Positions 37,356-49,812 of a DNA stretch of 64,000 bases are shown here, one piece after another. The DNA lies in assembly GCF_004010195.1 (NCBI RefSeq), contig NC_057711.1, positions 76,703,674 to 76,767,673 on the forward strand, given 5' to 3'. A model generated the notes under the pieces. It ran no database searches. It had not been told where the DNA came from and saw nothing but the letters and a program-made list of their open reading frames with translations. The DNA is from Chiloscyllium plagiosum. Lineage: Eukaryota. A program made the translations under genes and the position numbers. The first letter of the stretch is position 1, and each line of letters begins with the position of its first letter.

Positions 37356-37534
37356 GAATCCTCTTCATTGGCTGTAAAGTGCTTAAAGAAATCTGGTGGT
37401 CACACAAAAACTATAAAAAAATGAGTTTTTTTTAAAAAATCCAACATTTTCAAGAAAGACTGCACAGCTTTTAATTTTCCTGATAACTATCTCAGCACTG
37501 TAAGATTGTAACAAATATACTGGGTGCCATTATC

Positions 37535-40500
37535 TTGGGCAGGAGGTTTGCTAGACCACTTCAGGAGGGTTTAAACTAGTTTGGCAGGGGAATGAGAACT
37601 GGAGCTACAAATCAGAGGATGGGGTAGCTGGTGAACAACCAGATACAGCATACAGAGAGTCTCTGAGGAAGGATAGACAGTTGATAAGGCAAAGTTGCAG
37701 TCAGTGTGATTGGTTGAAGTGTGTCTATTTTAACACAAGCAGTGTCAGGAATAAGGGGGATGAACCTAAAGCATGGATCAGTATTTGGAGTTACAAGGTT
37801 GTGGCCATTTCAAGACTTGGCTATCACAGGGGCAGGAATGGTTGTTGGAATGTTCCAGGCTTTAGACATTTCAAAAGAAATAAGGAGAGAGGTAAAAGAG
37901 GTGGGGGAGTGGCATTGCTAATCAGGGTAGTATCACAGCTGCAGAAAGGGAAGTCTGGAGGATGGTTTGTCTACTGAGTCAGTATGGGTGGAACTCAGAA
38001 ACAGAAAAGGAGCAGTCACCTTATTGGAAGTTTTCTATAGACGTCCCAGTAGCAATAGAGACACTGAGCAGATCGGGAGACAGATTTGGGAAAGGTGCAG
38101 AAGTAACAGAGTTGTTATCATGGATGACTTCAACTTCCCTAATATTGACTGGCACCTCCTTAGTGCAAGTAGTTTGAATTGAGCAGATTTTGTCAGGTGT
38201 GTCTAGTAATGATTCCTGACTCCATATATAGATAGGCCGACTAGAGGGGAGGCCATATTGGATTTGGTGCTTGGCAATGAACCAGGTTAGGTGTCAGATC
38301 TCTCAGTGGGAGAGCATTTCGGTGATAGTGGTCACAACCCCCTGACCTTTACAATAGTCATGGAGAGAGATAGCATCAGACGGTATGGGAAAATATTTAA
38401 TTGGGAGAGAGGGAATTATAGTACTATTAGGCAGGAACTGTTGAGCATAAATTGGGAGCAGACATTCTCAGGGAAATGTGGAGGTTGTTTAGGGAGCACT
38501 TGCTGTGAGTGCTGAATAGGTTTGTCCCACTGAGGCAAGGGATGGTAGGATGAAGGAACCATGGATCATAAGAGATTGGGACCACCTAGTCAAGAGAAAG
38601 AAGGAAGCTTACTTGAGGTTGAGGAAGCAGGGATCAGACACGGCTCTAGAGGTTAGAAGGTAGCCAGGAAGGAACTGAACAATGGACTTAGGAGAGCTAG
38701 AAGGGGCATGAAAAAGTCTTGGCAGGTCATATTACGGAAAACCCCAAGGTGTTCTACATTTATGTGAGGAACAAGAGGATGGGCAGAGTGAAGGTAGAGA
38801 TGATCATGGATAGTGGAAGGAACTTGTGCTTGGAGTCGGAGGAGGTAGGGGAGCTCCTTAATGATTGATTTGCTTCAAGTATTCATTAGTGAAAGGGAAC
38901 CTTGTCATTTGTGAGAACAGTGTGAAGCAGGCTGATATGCTTAAATAGGTTGTTGATAAGAAGAATGATGTGCTGGAAATTTTGAAAAACATGAGGATAG
39001 GTAAGTCCTCTGAGGCAGACGAAATATACCCAAGGTTACTACGGGAAGTGAGGGAAGAGATTACCGTGCCTTTGGTGATGATCTTTGTGTCCTCAATGTC
39101 CACTGGAGTAGTACCAGATGATTGGAGAGTGGCAAATGTTATTCCCTTGTTTAAGATAGGGAAAAGGGGTAATCCTGGGAATTGCAGACAAGTCAGTCTT
39201 ACATTGGCAATGGGCAAATTATTGGAGAGGATTCTGAGGGTCAGGACTGATGATTATTTGGAAAAGCATAGTTTAATTAGAAGTAGTCAGCATGGTTTTG
39301 TGAAGGGCAAGTCATGCCTCACAAGCTTTACTGAATCTTTTAAGGATGTGACAAAACACATTGATGAAGGTAGAGCAGTAGATGTGGTGTATATGGATTT
39401 TAGCAAGGTATTTAATAAGGTTCTCCATCGTAAGCTCACTTAGAAAGTAAGAATGCATAGGATACAGGGAAATATAACTGTCTGGATACAGAATTGACTG
39501 GCCCAAAGAAGACCAAAGCGTGGTAGTGGATGGAAAATATTCAGTGTGCAGATCGGTGTTCTGCAGGGATCTGTGCTAGTACCTCTGCTGTTTGTGATTT
39601 GTATAAGAGACTTGGATGAGGAAATGGTAGGGTATGTTAATAAATTTGCCAATGACATGAAGGTTGGTGGAGTTATGGAAGGTATGGAGGGCTGTTGTAG
39701 GTTACAATGGGACATTGACAGGATACAGAGCTGGGCAGGTAAGTGGCACATGGTGTTCAACTTGGAAAAGAGTGAAGTGATTCATTATGGAAGATCGAAT
39801 TTGAATGCAGATGACAGGGTTAAAGGCAGGATTATTGGAGGGACAGGGGAATCTTGGGGGTCCACGTCCATAGATCTCTCACAGTTGCCACCCAAGCTGA
39901 AAGGGTTGTTAAGAAGGTGTATGTGTGTTGCTTTCATTAGCGGGGGATTGAGTTTAGGAGCCGCGAAGTTATGCTGCAGCTCTATATAGCCCTGGTTAGA
40001 CTACACTTGGAATATTGTGTTCAGTTCTTGTCACCTGATTATAGGAAGGATGTGGAAGCCTTAGAGATGGTGCAGAGGAGATTTACTAGGATACTGCCTG
40101 GATTGGAGGGTTTGTCTTATTAAAAATGGTTGACGGAGCTAGGGCGTTTCTTATTGGAGTGAAGAAGGATGAGAGATGACTTGATAGAGGTATACAACAT
40201 GATGAGAGGTGTGGATAGAGTGGATTGCCAGAGACTTTTTCCCAGGGCTGAAATGGCTATCACAAAGGGTCATCATTTTAAGGTGACTGGAGGAAGGTTT
40301 TGGGAGATGTCAGAAGTAGGTTCTTTACACTGAGAGTGGTGGGTGCATGGAATGTACTGCCAGTAGTGGTAGTAGAGTCAGAGACATTTAAGCCACTCTT
40401 GGATAAGCACATGGATGGTAGTAAAATGGTGGGTATGTCGGTTAGTTTGATCTTAGAATAGGATAAACGGTTGGCACAATACCGAGGACCGAAGGGCCTG

Positions 40501-40535
40501 TACTGTTCTATGTTCTATGCTGTATGCTCTATGCA
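37535..40535 (+). mobile_element. CR1 LINE, near-complete degenerate ORF2
   Basis: CVYFNTSSV, SVWVELRN, MDDFNFP, WRVANVIPLFK, SQHGFVKGKSCLT, YMDFSKVF, GVLQGSVLVP, FANDMK; (ttctatg)n tail at ~40505-40535. Confidence 0.93.
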
Positions 40536-41524
40536 TATGTTCTGTATATCTTACACTTTCTCCAATGTCTTCACCTCCTGCTGATAATTTGGAGGCCAGA
40601 ACAATTTACAGCATTCAACATGTTTATCTAACTAAGGTAATATAAAACAGAAATAGAGGTACAAATATTGTATTTTGGATAGATTAGAATATCAAATGTG
40701 ATGCTTAGCAACAGATATATTAAAGCATGCCCGTGTTATCAAACGTGGAGTTCTAAGATCTTCAATATGTCTGATGGAAGCAATACAGCCCAATGTGGTT
40801 CAAAGCACAAAGTCCATTGAAAGTTTACTAACAAGCTCATGATGTCTTTGAAAATGATTAAATTTTGACTGAAATGCCTGAGAAATGCTCTAGTGCCACA
40901 GTACTACTTGACAATTGATGCTGACCAGAAGGCTTCTATTTTAAAAAAATCAAAATAAATTACCCTGGCTGGCTCTTTAGACTGGAGCCTCTTCCCTGCT
41001 TGTCCCTTAACTCTTCTCCCTTCACTGAGAATAGAACTGACTCCCATGAAAAGTATGTATCTTCTTGCTGATTATTGGTGCTTAGGAATGCAACCCGTGC
41101 ATTCCTTTACCAACCTCCTCCCTTTTAGTACTATCAGTGACTGGCATGTGTAAGTATTAGAAATACATTTAAATAGGTTAAAATGCAGTATTGGCTGAGA
41201 CAACTTTTCAAATTGGGTTTAGAAATGAAAATGATTCATAACTATCAAAATCCTGCAGTGTTTGTAGATAATTGGAGGTGATAGTTACCTTTTTAATGAG
41301 AGATCTACTTAATGATCCTTCCAGTTTCAAATCAAAAAAAGCCATTAGAATTGTTTTACAGAGGGAAAGAGAAAAGGACACTTTGTGCAAATAAGTTTGT
41401 CGTGAAGCTAAGAGAATACATTTGCTAAATTCATATAACAGCAGTTGAAAACAACTGTTTTTACCCATATGATGGTTTGCTAATTGCTCACAGGCCAGAG
41501 ATTATTTATACATAAACATAAACC

Positions 41525-41620
41525 AAAGCAGAAGTTGTTGAAAGACCTCAGCAGGCCTGGCAGCATCTGTGAAGAGAAATCAAAGTTAATGTTTCTGGTC
41601 CAATTGCCCTTTCTTAGAAC
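41525..41620 (-). mobile_element. Penelope-like terminal-repeat fragment
   Basis: ctcagcaggcctggcagcatctgtgaagagaaatcaaagttaatgtttc..cccttt cttagaac; same family as 1467 and 31680. Further decayed copies at ~44638-44725 (+), 45510-45600 (-), 50755-50830 (-) and 62425-62555 (-). Confidence 0.65.
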
Positions 41621-42155
41621 TTAAATCTTTTGTTTTTTATTATATGTAAACATATAAGCCAGTGCTGCTTGAAGACAGTGAGTTTGGTTTTATTCATTTA
41701 TGAAACATGAATGCCACTTATTTGGCAGGAATTTATTACCATCCCTAATTGTCCTTGAGAAGGTAGCTGGAAGCTTTCCTCTTGAATCGCACAATACTAT
41801 TGGGTTTGGAAATCCAGAAATGAAGGGGGAATGGCAATAATGTTCAGCTTGGTGTGTCACTTGAGGGGCACTTGCAGGCAAGGTGTTCCTATTGTTAGAG
41901 CACTACCATATATATTCATGTATCGGTCAAATTTTGAAGATTTTTTTAAAGCTGAAATTAGGGGTCAACTAATAGATAAGGTATTGTTTTCAAGGGGATG
42001 AAATTCATGCTTGGTATGATTCAAAAAAATGGACAGACAAGAGTCAGATCTCCATATAAAGTAATAAACAACAAAAAGAAAAAGAATTATGCCCATTATT
42101 GAATATATATCGACAAACTAACTGTCTCCATTCTGCCTGCTACAGTAGAATGGTA

Positions 42156-42372
42156 CAGTAGTCCCCCATACCACGGAGGATACGTTCCAAGACCTACTGC
42201 GGAAGTCCGAAAACACAGCTAGAAGCAAAACCAATCATTTAAATGGGAAATTTAGCTTCCCGGAAGCCCCCTGGTTCTTGGTTCTGGAATGTTCCCTGTA
42301 TGTTCGGGCCGCAGTAAACCACAGGTAACTGAAAAAGTAGAAACCAACTCCGTGGATATGGCAGTTACCCTG
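42156..42372. mobile_element. Tigger-like MITE
   Basis: TA|cagtagtcccccatacc..cggag ... ctccgtggatatggcagttaccctg|TA. Confidence 0.75.
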
Positions 42373-42504
42373 TATTGTCATACCATTGCAGTAATTCTGA
42401 AAACCTGGAGCGGAGCATGATGGCTGGCAGACCCAGAATGGAGTAGTATAGCCAGCAGACTAGAAAGCCAGAGCAGAGTGCAACAAACAGTAAAACCAAA
42501 CTCA

Positions 42505-43460
42505 CTGTCTTCAAGCAGCAATGGCTGATGTGTTTACGTTAGAGTTAGCAGAGCTGTTTAAGGATGATGCATTGGATGTGGAGACTGGGGGGTGGGAGGT
42601 GAGGACAAGAGGGATCCTGTCTTTATTGCATTTGAAGGTGGGGGGGTTAGAACAGTGGAATGAGGAGGGGAAGCGATGCGGTGAAAGGCTGTCTGGATGA
42701 CAGAGTGGGAAAAGCACATTGTTCAAAATATGTGGACATCTGGGATGTTTGGGAGTGGAATGTCTCCTTGTCTGAACAGATGTGGCAGAGGTGAGGCATT
42801 GGGAGAATAGGATTGAATTCTTGTAGATGCTGAGTGAGAGGAAGTGTGCTCCCGATAGTTGTGAGAGTCTGTGAGTTTATAATATACGTCTGTCTGTAGA
42901 CTGTCGCCGAAGATGGAAATGGAGAGGTCAAGAAAGGGGAGGGAGGTGTGCAAGATGGAACAAGTGAAGTTGTGGGTGAAGTCAATGAACTGCTCCAGTT
43001 CAGCCTGGCTGCAGGACGCTGCACCGATACAGTCATTGATGTAACAGCAGAAGAGTTGGGGCACAGTGCCTGTGTAGGTACTGAAGAGGAACTGTTCGAC
43101 ACAGCTGACAAAGAGACAGGTGTAGCTGGGGCCCATCCAAATGCCCATGGCCACCCCTGGATTTGGAAGAAATGGGCAGAGTTAAAGAAAAAGTTATTAA
43201 GGGTGAGGACTAGTTCGACAAGGTGGAGGAGGGTATTGGTGAAGGGGGCCTGAATAGGTCTGTTGGAGAGGAAGAAGCTGAGGCCTTGGAGGCCATCCTT
43301 ATGGGGTGTGGACATATATAAGGACTGCACATCCATAGTGAAGATAAAGCGCATGGGTCTGGGGAACTGGAAGTTATTGAAGAGGTGGTTGATGTCACAG
43401 ATGTAGGTGGGAAGTGACTGAACCAAGGGGAAGAGGATGGAGTCAAGAGGATAAACACAT
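42505..43460 (-). pseudogene. Penelope-like element reverse transcriptase relic
   Basis: Frameshifted motifs FTMDVQSLY (A), NNFFFN..HFFQIQG/AMG.WMGPSY.CLF (B), YIND (decayed YIDD), LPFLDLSI, TDVYYKLTDSHNY and DRIPLVLT.HP. Motif order and spacing are typical of PLE RTs. Confidence 0.88.
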
Positions 43461-43812
43461 CTTTTCCTCTCTCGACTCCATCCCCTCCCTCTTGGCCCCA
43501 ACCTATCCAGTCTCTCCTGATAACCCAAACCCTCCAGTCCCAGAGATGGCAGGTTGGTGAGTTGGCAAGTGGGTAGTTGGCAGTTGTGTGAGGTGACAGA
43601 TGAATGGGGCAGATGGGTGAGGTGGGGTTATATGTGGGTAACTGCCAGGTAGGTGGGGTAGCAAGTGGATGGGGCAGGTGAGTGAAGTGGTAGATGGGAA
43701 TGTGGCAAGTGGGTCAGGGTGGCATTTCCTGCTGCTGTTGATCTTATTATACATAAAGCATGGTAAAATTGACATCAGTGGAGGACCTGTCTTCAATTCA
43801 ATTCTTCAATTG

Positions 43813-44160
43813 AGGCAGCATGGTGGCTCAGTGGTTAGCACTGCTGCCTCACAGCACCAGGGATCCTGGTTTGATTCCGGCTTCAGGCGACTGTCCGTCT
43901 GTGTGGAGCTTGCACATTGTTCCCGTGTCTGCGTGGGTTTCCACTGGGTGCTCCAGTTTCCTCCCACAGTCAAAAAGATGTGCAGGTTAGGTGAATTGGC
44001 CATGCTGAATTGCCCATTATGTTCAGGGATGTGTAGGTTAGATGTATTAGTTGGGGTAAATATAGGATAGCAGGGTTGGGGAATGGATCTCGGTGGCATA
44101 CTCTTCAGAGGGTCAGTGTGGACTTGTTAGGCCTGTTTCCACATTGTAGGGATTCTATGA
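43813..44160 (+). mobile_element. HE1-type V-SINE
   Basis: tggctcagtgg A box, ggtttgattcc B box, V-domain tctgcgtgggtttccactgggtgctccagtttcctcccacagtc. Confidence 0.9.
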
Positions 44161-44280
44161 ATTCAATCAAGCTCTCGATCAATACATATCCATTAAGTCC
44201 TCCCTATCTTAAATGACATTGTTGAGCTGCAGTAGAGAAGGAAATAAAAGGAAGCAAGCCCTGCTTTCCAGTCCCCCAAC

Positions 44281-44515
44281 TGCGTGGGTTTCCTCCGAGT
44301 GCTCTGATTTCCTCTCACAGTCCAAAGATCTGCAGGTTAGGTGGATTTGTCATACTACATTGCCCATAGTGTACAGGGAGATGTAGGCTAGGTAGATTAA
44401 CCATGGGAAATTGCAGGGTTAGGATAGGGGGTGGGTATGGAAGAGATGCTCTACAGAGGGTTGGTGTAGACTCAATGGGCTGAATGGCTTGATTCCACAC
44501 TGTAGAAATTCTGTC
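44281..44515 (+). mobile_element. 5'-truncated HE1-type V-SINE
   Basis: tgcgtgggtttcctccgagtgctctgatttcctctcacagtccaaaga...gggctgaatggc. Confidence 0.8.
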
Positions 44516-46199
44516 AGAGCAGAAACGTATACACCTGAGTAGATTTCAAACTTAAATTGAGGGATAGCTGTCCACTGTTCTGTATGTGCCAATTGAGAGC
44601 TATTTACTTTCAGCATATAGGCATGCTCAGTGAAAAAGTTCTGAAGAGGTGTAATATTGGACTCATGAACATTTCTCTGTCTACAGAAACTGCCAAATCT
44701 GCTGAATCTTTCTAGCACTTTCTCTTTTTTTTAATCTCACTTATGCAAATAACACCATTTTCAGATGTATTTCTCAGTGATTTATACTTCTCGAACACGA
44801 TGTACTGCGATGGTATTCTGATGTTCCTAATAATTAGCAATCAGTTAAATCTCTTTGTGTATTGTGCAGTTGAAGAGTAGTAAAATTTCAAGAAGGCCAT
44901 GTTAATGTACCTGAGTTTTAATCCTTAATCTGACCTTAAAGATATTGTGGAATTCTGTGGAAAGATTCTGTGGAAAACACAGAAGTAGGCTCATTGTGAA
45001 TGTGCAATCTGACTTCATAGTATTTGATGAAAGAATTGGATCAAACATTTTAACACAAACAATCGCTCTTTTAAGGAAAACAATCTCAAATTCTTGAATG
45101 TTAATGATGCAATAATCATTTATGTTAAAGTAATTCAGAATGGCATTTAGATATACATTACCAATGTATTAAGCATAATGAAGAGAATGAAAATGTTGTA
45201 GAAATCCGAATTGGGGAAATGCATTGAACTTACGTTTATCACGTGTTGAGGAAGGAGGCAAGTCCGTAGACCATTGGAAGTATTTTTGACAAAGTGATAA
45301 GGAAATTGTTTACGTCTCTGGCAAAATCATTGTCTCTGCTGGGAATTCATAGACCATGCATCTCCATCTCATTGGAGTGCAATGTGTATCCACATCACAA
45401 CATGGAAATAATTTATAATCTAAGTCACTGTCGTTGTTTCATGTAAGACTTGCTGTCATCATCCAATACCATTTTAATTGAGTATTTCTTTAGAACACGA
45501 TATTTAATTGAAATCAAACACAGAGAAAAATGGATGTCTGGCAATATGTGGAGGGAGAAACAGAGTTAATGTTATGAACCTGGTATGACTTCTTCAGAAC
45601 TGAAAAAAAATTGGAATGGTGGGAGTGAGTGGCCTGAAACCTACAAAATTAAACATGAATACATTTTTTCCACAACGTCACATAGTATTGAGAACCACCA
45701 CAGGCAGCAACTGTTCATATGATCTGGGTAACACTCAGAATTAGTTCTATCCATCATGTTTTTGCCTAATAATTAAAATTACATTTTGAGTATCTGTCTT
45801 CAAAAGTATATCAAGAATGTCTTTGTATCTATGGAAGAGCTCAAGCCTGAAGCAGTCAAAGCTGAAAATGTTCTTCACAATTTTTTGAGGGTTGGATACT
45901 ATTTGAAGGTTTAAGTTTACATGTCACTTTATTGTTGTACTTGTTATTTCATATTTATTCTCAATGGGAATGTTACAGAAGCATACTTATTCATTTTTAT
46001 ATCATAGCAAGGAATTAAAATAGTCTTAGAGCTACAAACATAATCAGATTGTTAAAGTGTTTATCTTATTGATTGTGTTTAATTCTCTCAAAGCATTTTA
46101 TTTATGTTTTCAATGTCAGAATTACAGTGTATGTTTTACAGTGTAGAGAGTTTTACAATTCCCAACAATTCAGTTTCACTTATTTATTGAACACACAAT

Positions 46200-46230
46200 T
46201 GATTGTTTTTTTCTTTGTATTTTCTTACAG
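46200..46230 (+). promoter_or_regulatory. Splice acceptor of the GCNT1 coding exon
   Basis: Long polypyrimidine tract ttttttctttgtattttcttacAG ending at 46230, 136 nt upstream of the ATG; fits GCNT genes having non-coding 5' exons and one coding exon. Confidence 0.75.
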
Positions 46231-46366
46231 TTGTCTCAGTCTGTCTCATGTGAATCAATACATCTGAGATTGAAGATGATGTTCTACAGTGAAGGCTTCA
46301 TTGGCTAAGTGGAAAGGAAACTGATGATGAGCAGGAAATAAAATTTGATACATTAAGCAATCAGAA

Positions 46367-47659
46367 ATGTTGTGCCGAAGACTGCGATATTTTAGATACA
46401 GGCAATTTCGATGGGTGCTGACAGGAATTTTCTGTTCAATAACCTTACTATTTCTTATAAGACGTGACAAGAGTCCTGTGAATGAGCACCAAAATTTGGA
46501 GCTTGTTGAAGAGGACCCCAGATATTATGTAAACTGCACTGGTGTTATCAATGGAGATGAAGAGTCAATAAAACTGGCTAAACTTCAGACGCTGTCAGTT
46601 ATATACAAAAAACGTCTTGTGCTGAATGAGAAAGATTACATAGACATGACCAAACATTGTTCCAACTTCACCAGATTACAAAGATATATCACGTTTCCAC
46701 TTAGCAAAGAGGAAGAAGAATTTCCATTAGCATATTCAATAGTAATCCATCACAGGATTGACATGTTTGGAAAACTTTTACGCTTGATATATGCACCTCA
46801 AAATTTTTATTGTATTCACATTGACAAAAAGTCATCTCCGACTTTCTTGGATGCAGTCAGGGGCATAGCCTCCTGCTTTGATAATGTTTTTGTTGCCAGT
46901 CAGCTTGAAAATGTAACCTATGCATCCTGGAGCAGGGTTCAGGCCGATGTAAATTGCATGAAAGATCTACTTCAAAAGAATTCAACATGGAAATACTTGA
47001 TCAATCTTTGTGGCATGGATTTTCCCTTAAAAACCAATTTGGAAATGGTGGAAAAACTCAAGGCTTTAAAAGGGGCAAACAGCTTAGAAACAGAGAAGAC
47101 TGCACCACATAAAGAGAAGAGGTGGAAACACAGTTTTAAGGTGGTGAATGGGAAATTAAAGGACACAGAGACGAATAAAAATGCTCCACCAATTGAAACA
47201 CCAATGTTTTCAGGAAGTGCCTACTTCATTGTCAGTAGACATTTTGTGGAATATTTATTTAGAAGCCCTAAAATACAAAAGTTTATCGAATGGGAAAAGG
47301 ATACTTTCAGTCCAGATGAACACATGTGGGCAACATTACAAAGAATGCCTGATATGCCTGGATCAGTCCCTGTTAATAATAAATACGATACCTCCGACAT
47401 GAACTCTTTAGCAAGGCTAGTAAAATGGAGTTACCTTGAGGGTGATATTTCCAAAGGAGCACCTTATCCACCTTGCACTGGTGTACACGTCCGTTCGGTG
47501 TGTGTATTTGGAGCAGGGGATCTGAAATGGATGTTGCAGCAGCATCACCTATTTGCCAATAAGTTTGACACAGAAGTCGATGGAATTGCACTGCAATGTT
47601 TGGAGGAGCATCTAAGACATAAAGCTATTAGCAATCTTTTAAGTTATACTGAGGCATGA
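46367..47659 (+). CDS. GCNT1: Core 2 beta-1,6-N-acetylglucosaminyltransferase (C2GnT1, GT14/Branch family), 430 aa type II Golgi membrane protein
   Basis: Intact single-exon ORF with a basic N-tail, TM helix, PLSKEEEEFPLAYSIVIHH, PQNFYCIH.D.KS, YASWSRVQAD.NCM.DL, WKYLINLCGMDFP.KTN, SPDE catalytic Glu, KGAPYPPC.GVHVRSVC and HHLFANKFD..HLRHKA; nine conserved lumenal Cys. Best recalled match is GCNT1 rather than GCNT3/4. Confidence 0.93.
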   Translation: MLCRRLRYFRYRQFRWVLTGIFCSITLLFLIRRDKSPVNEHQNLELVEEDPRYYVNCTGVINGDEESIKLAKLQTLSVIYKKRLVLNEKDYIDMTKHCSNFTRLQRYITFPLSKEEEEFPLAYSIVIHHRIDMFGKLLRLIYAPQNFYCIHIDKKSSPTFLDAVRGIASCFDNVFVASQLENVTYASWSRVQADVNCMKDLLQKNSTWKYLINLCGMDFPLKTNLEMVEKLKALKGANSLETEKTAPHKEKRWKHSFKVVNGKLKDTETNKNAPPIETPMFSGSAYFIVSRHFVEYLFRSPKIQKFIEWEKDTFSPDEHMWATLQRMPDMPGSVPVNNKYDTSDMNSLARLVKWSYLEGDISKGAPYPPCTGVHVRSVCVFGAGDLKWMLQQHHLFANKFDTEVDGIALQCLEEHLRHKAISNLLSYTEA

Positions 47660-48784
47660 TCTTCCTAAAGAAATATCTCAATTTGGGAATTCTCAATTCT
47701 CTAAACAGAATGGGAAACTGCCTGTCTTTCTTCATAATTTAGTGATCTACAAACACATTATAAAACATGTACGTTAGAAGCATTCAGGCTTGATATTGAA
47801 TGTAGGAGTGTAATGCTGAGCAAAATCTAAGCCAAGAGAAAGCATTCCTGCTCCTCTACCCACAAGATAATTCGTAATGGCAATTTCTTTAACCTCATTT
47901 CCCTTGAGGTCTAGAAAATCTGCCCATCCATGTTAAACCCACAATGTGTGAGAGTCAGAGCCCCATGTAATTATTAAATGGGCATCCTGTTTCTTGGGTA
48001 CTGGGACAACTGTCCATTTGTTGTCCCGCCTTTACTGGTAGGTCGAGATTGAATGTGAGATTTTTAAAACACCTCACATAGGGTGTTAGGAGTACCCCAA
48101 TTCATCCTGCTACTGAATTTAAATTGCAGATCGATAATTATGGAGAAAAACAATCACATTCCTCAGTTTCCTTAAAAGAGTAAGTCCACCAAATTTGCCA
48201 GGCTGGTACTGGTTGATGGCTCATAAATGTACCAGGCTACATGTTAGATTAAGTTCTTTATGTAGTAGAAGACTAGTTTTTTTAAAAGCACTGCCTCTGT
48301 GTTCAATGAACAGTATGTATGTGCACTTCCTTGCCAAATTAAGATAACATTGAATATTTAAAGGAGAAAACTTCAGGCCAAGTCGTTATTATTATTCAGC
48401 AGGACTAAATGCAAATTTGCATTATCACTTTTTAAATTATATAGGTTGTAAAAAAGAACTAGTTTAAAGCCACTTATTTTCAAAAACGTCAATATTATAT
48501 TCAGCAAACTAGCTTAATGGCACCCAATATTGCTGGAGAGATGAGCCTCAATCGTAATCTGGCTCAATTCAAATTTAATAATTACAATTTATTTACATAT
48601 AGGGTATTTGGACTCAGTTTCATGTAAGTCTGGAAGTAAAAGAGTACTTACCCAGTGGAAAAGTTATGCAAACAATTGCATTTTAACACTTGTGGTTAAA
48701 ATAATTTGCTGTCATGTAGCTTAACCTTCTGTTCTCATTTTTAAAATACATTGTACTGAGAGAACATAGCGCATCCAGTTTGCA

Positions 48785-49030
48785 TAGAATTGTATAGAAA
48801 TAGCTACACAGAAATAGACCATTGAACACCCCCCCCAAATCATCAATTTTAGTGTTTATACTCTATTTAAACCATCCTCCGTTCTACTTCATCTCAACCT
48901 ATTGAAAAAATATTTTTATTTCTTTCTCCCTCATACACTAATCTAGGTTCCACTTAAATACATCTATGCTATTCACTGACATATTCCCTTTGTTAGTCGG
49001 TTCTATATTCTGACCACTCTTTGAGTATAG
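48785..49030 (-). mobile_element. Old CR1-type 3' tail in the presumptive 3'UTR
   Basis: catagaat..acacagaaatagaccatt...ttctatattctgaccactctttg; similar piece at ~34920-35160. Confidence 0.5.
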
Positions 49031-49042
49031 AATTACAACGCT

Positions 49043-49182
49043 GAAAAGAAAGACACCTGCTAAAGCTTTTCATCTTGTACTCATCAGTACAAATGCAAGA
49101 ATATTAAATATCTGTAACAAAAGTTTAGCATTATTGTGTTTGTCCTGATGATCGCAAGATGAAAACATATAACTTTTTTCAG
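49043..49182. mobile_element. Inverted pair of Penelope-like hammerhead-bearing repeats
   Basis: Minus strand of 49062-49087: CTGATGA-gtacaagat-GAAA-AGCTTT. Plus strand 49145-49165: CTGATGA-tcgcaagat-GAAA. The arms are complementary at about 29 of 36 positions. Confidence 0.7.
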
Positions 49183-49713
49183 TATTATTTAAATTCTGAA
49201 CAATCAAGTGGCTAGAGAAATTTCCTTAGATTTCCAGTTCAAGAAGAAGTTTCTCAACTGAAACCTCATTTCACATTCCCTGATCTTCAAAGCAGTATGT
49301 AGTTTAGAATAAGCCATCCCATGATTACAGCTCTCATATAATTATATTTGAATATCAGGAATTGAGTGTTTATCATTGATAATTGTGTGTGTTTACATCA
49401 AATTTGACATTAGTTTGATGATTTGCACTCTTCCTGTGAGTCAAATCCCTTCATTCCATTCTTCTTACTTTTCAGCATTTTCTGTATCGCCTGTTCATTA
49501 CAGCTCTTGACAACTGAGAAACAATATACTTTTCTCCCATATGCTAATACTTCAAGCAAGAGATTAGCCTATAGCTGTGTTTTCTACTGTTGATCTTTAG
49601 CATAATTCAAAGCACTTCAAAAGTGATTTTAGAAATTTGGTTTGGTGTATGGTACAGCATTCTGTATGAATTGCAGGTTTATTATATTACTGTAGTTTGC
49701 TTTATTGTGTTGA

Positions 49714-49719
49714 AATAAA
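49714..49719 (+). terminator. Candidate polyadenylation signal of GCNT1
   Basis: First canonical AATAAA I found after the stop codon, preceded by several TGTA elements in U-rich sequence. Confidence 0.45.
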
Positions 49720-49812
49720 TCTCATATGATCATGGGTTTCTTAAGGTCAAGGGCAATACTTTAGCTATATGTTAGGTGGATTAACTTCAACAAAGTACCA
49801 GGCTTCAAGTTA

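Noticed and set aside
41903-42000. Left end of a Tc2/pogo-like DNA transposon (ta|ccatatatattcatgtat...ggggtcaact)
   Set aside because: No convincing matching right TIR found.
42647-43528. 293-aa ORF as an active reverse transcriptase
   Set aside because: RT motifs are split across frames and the catalytic YIDD reads YIND, so it is a pseudogene.
43540-43720. G-rich tract with G-quadruplex potential (also G-runs at ~57914-57950 and ~60993-61008)
   Set aside because: Low-complexity parts of transposon sequence; no evidence of independent function.
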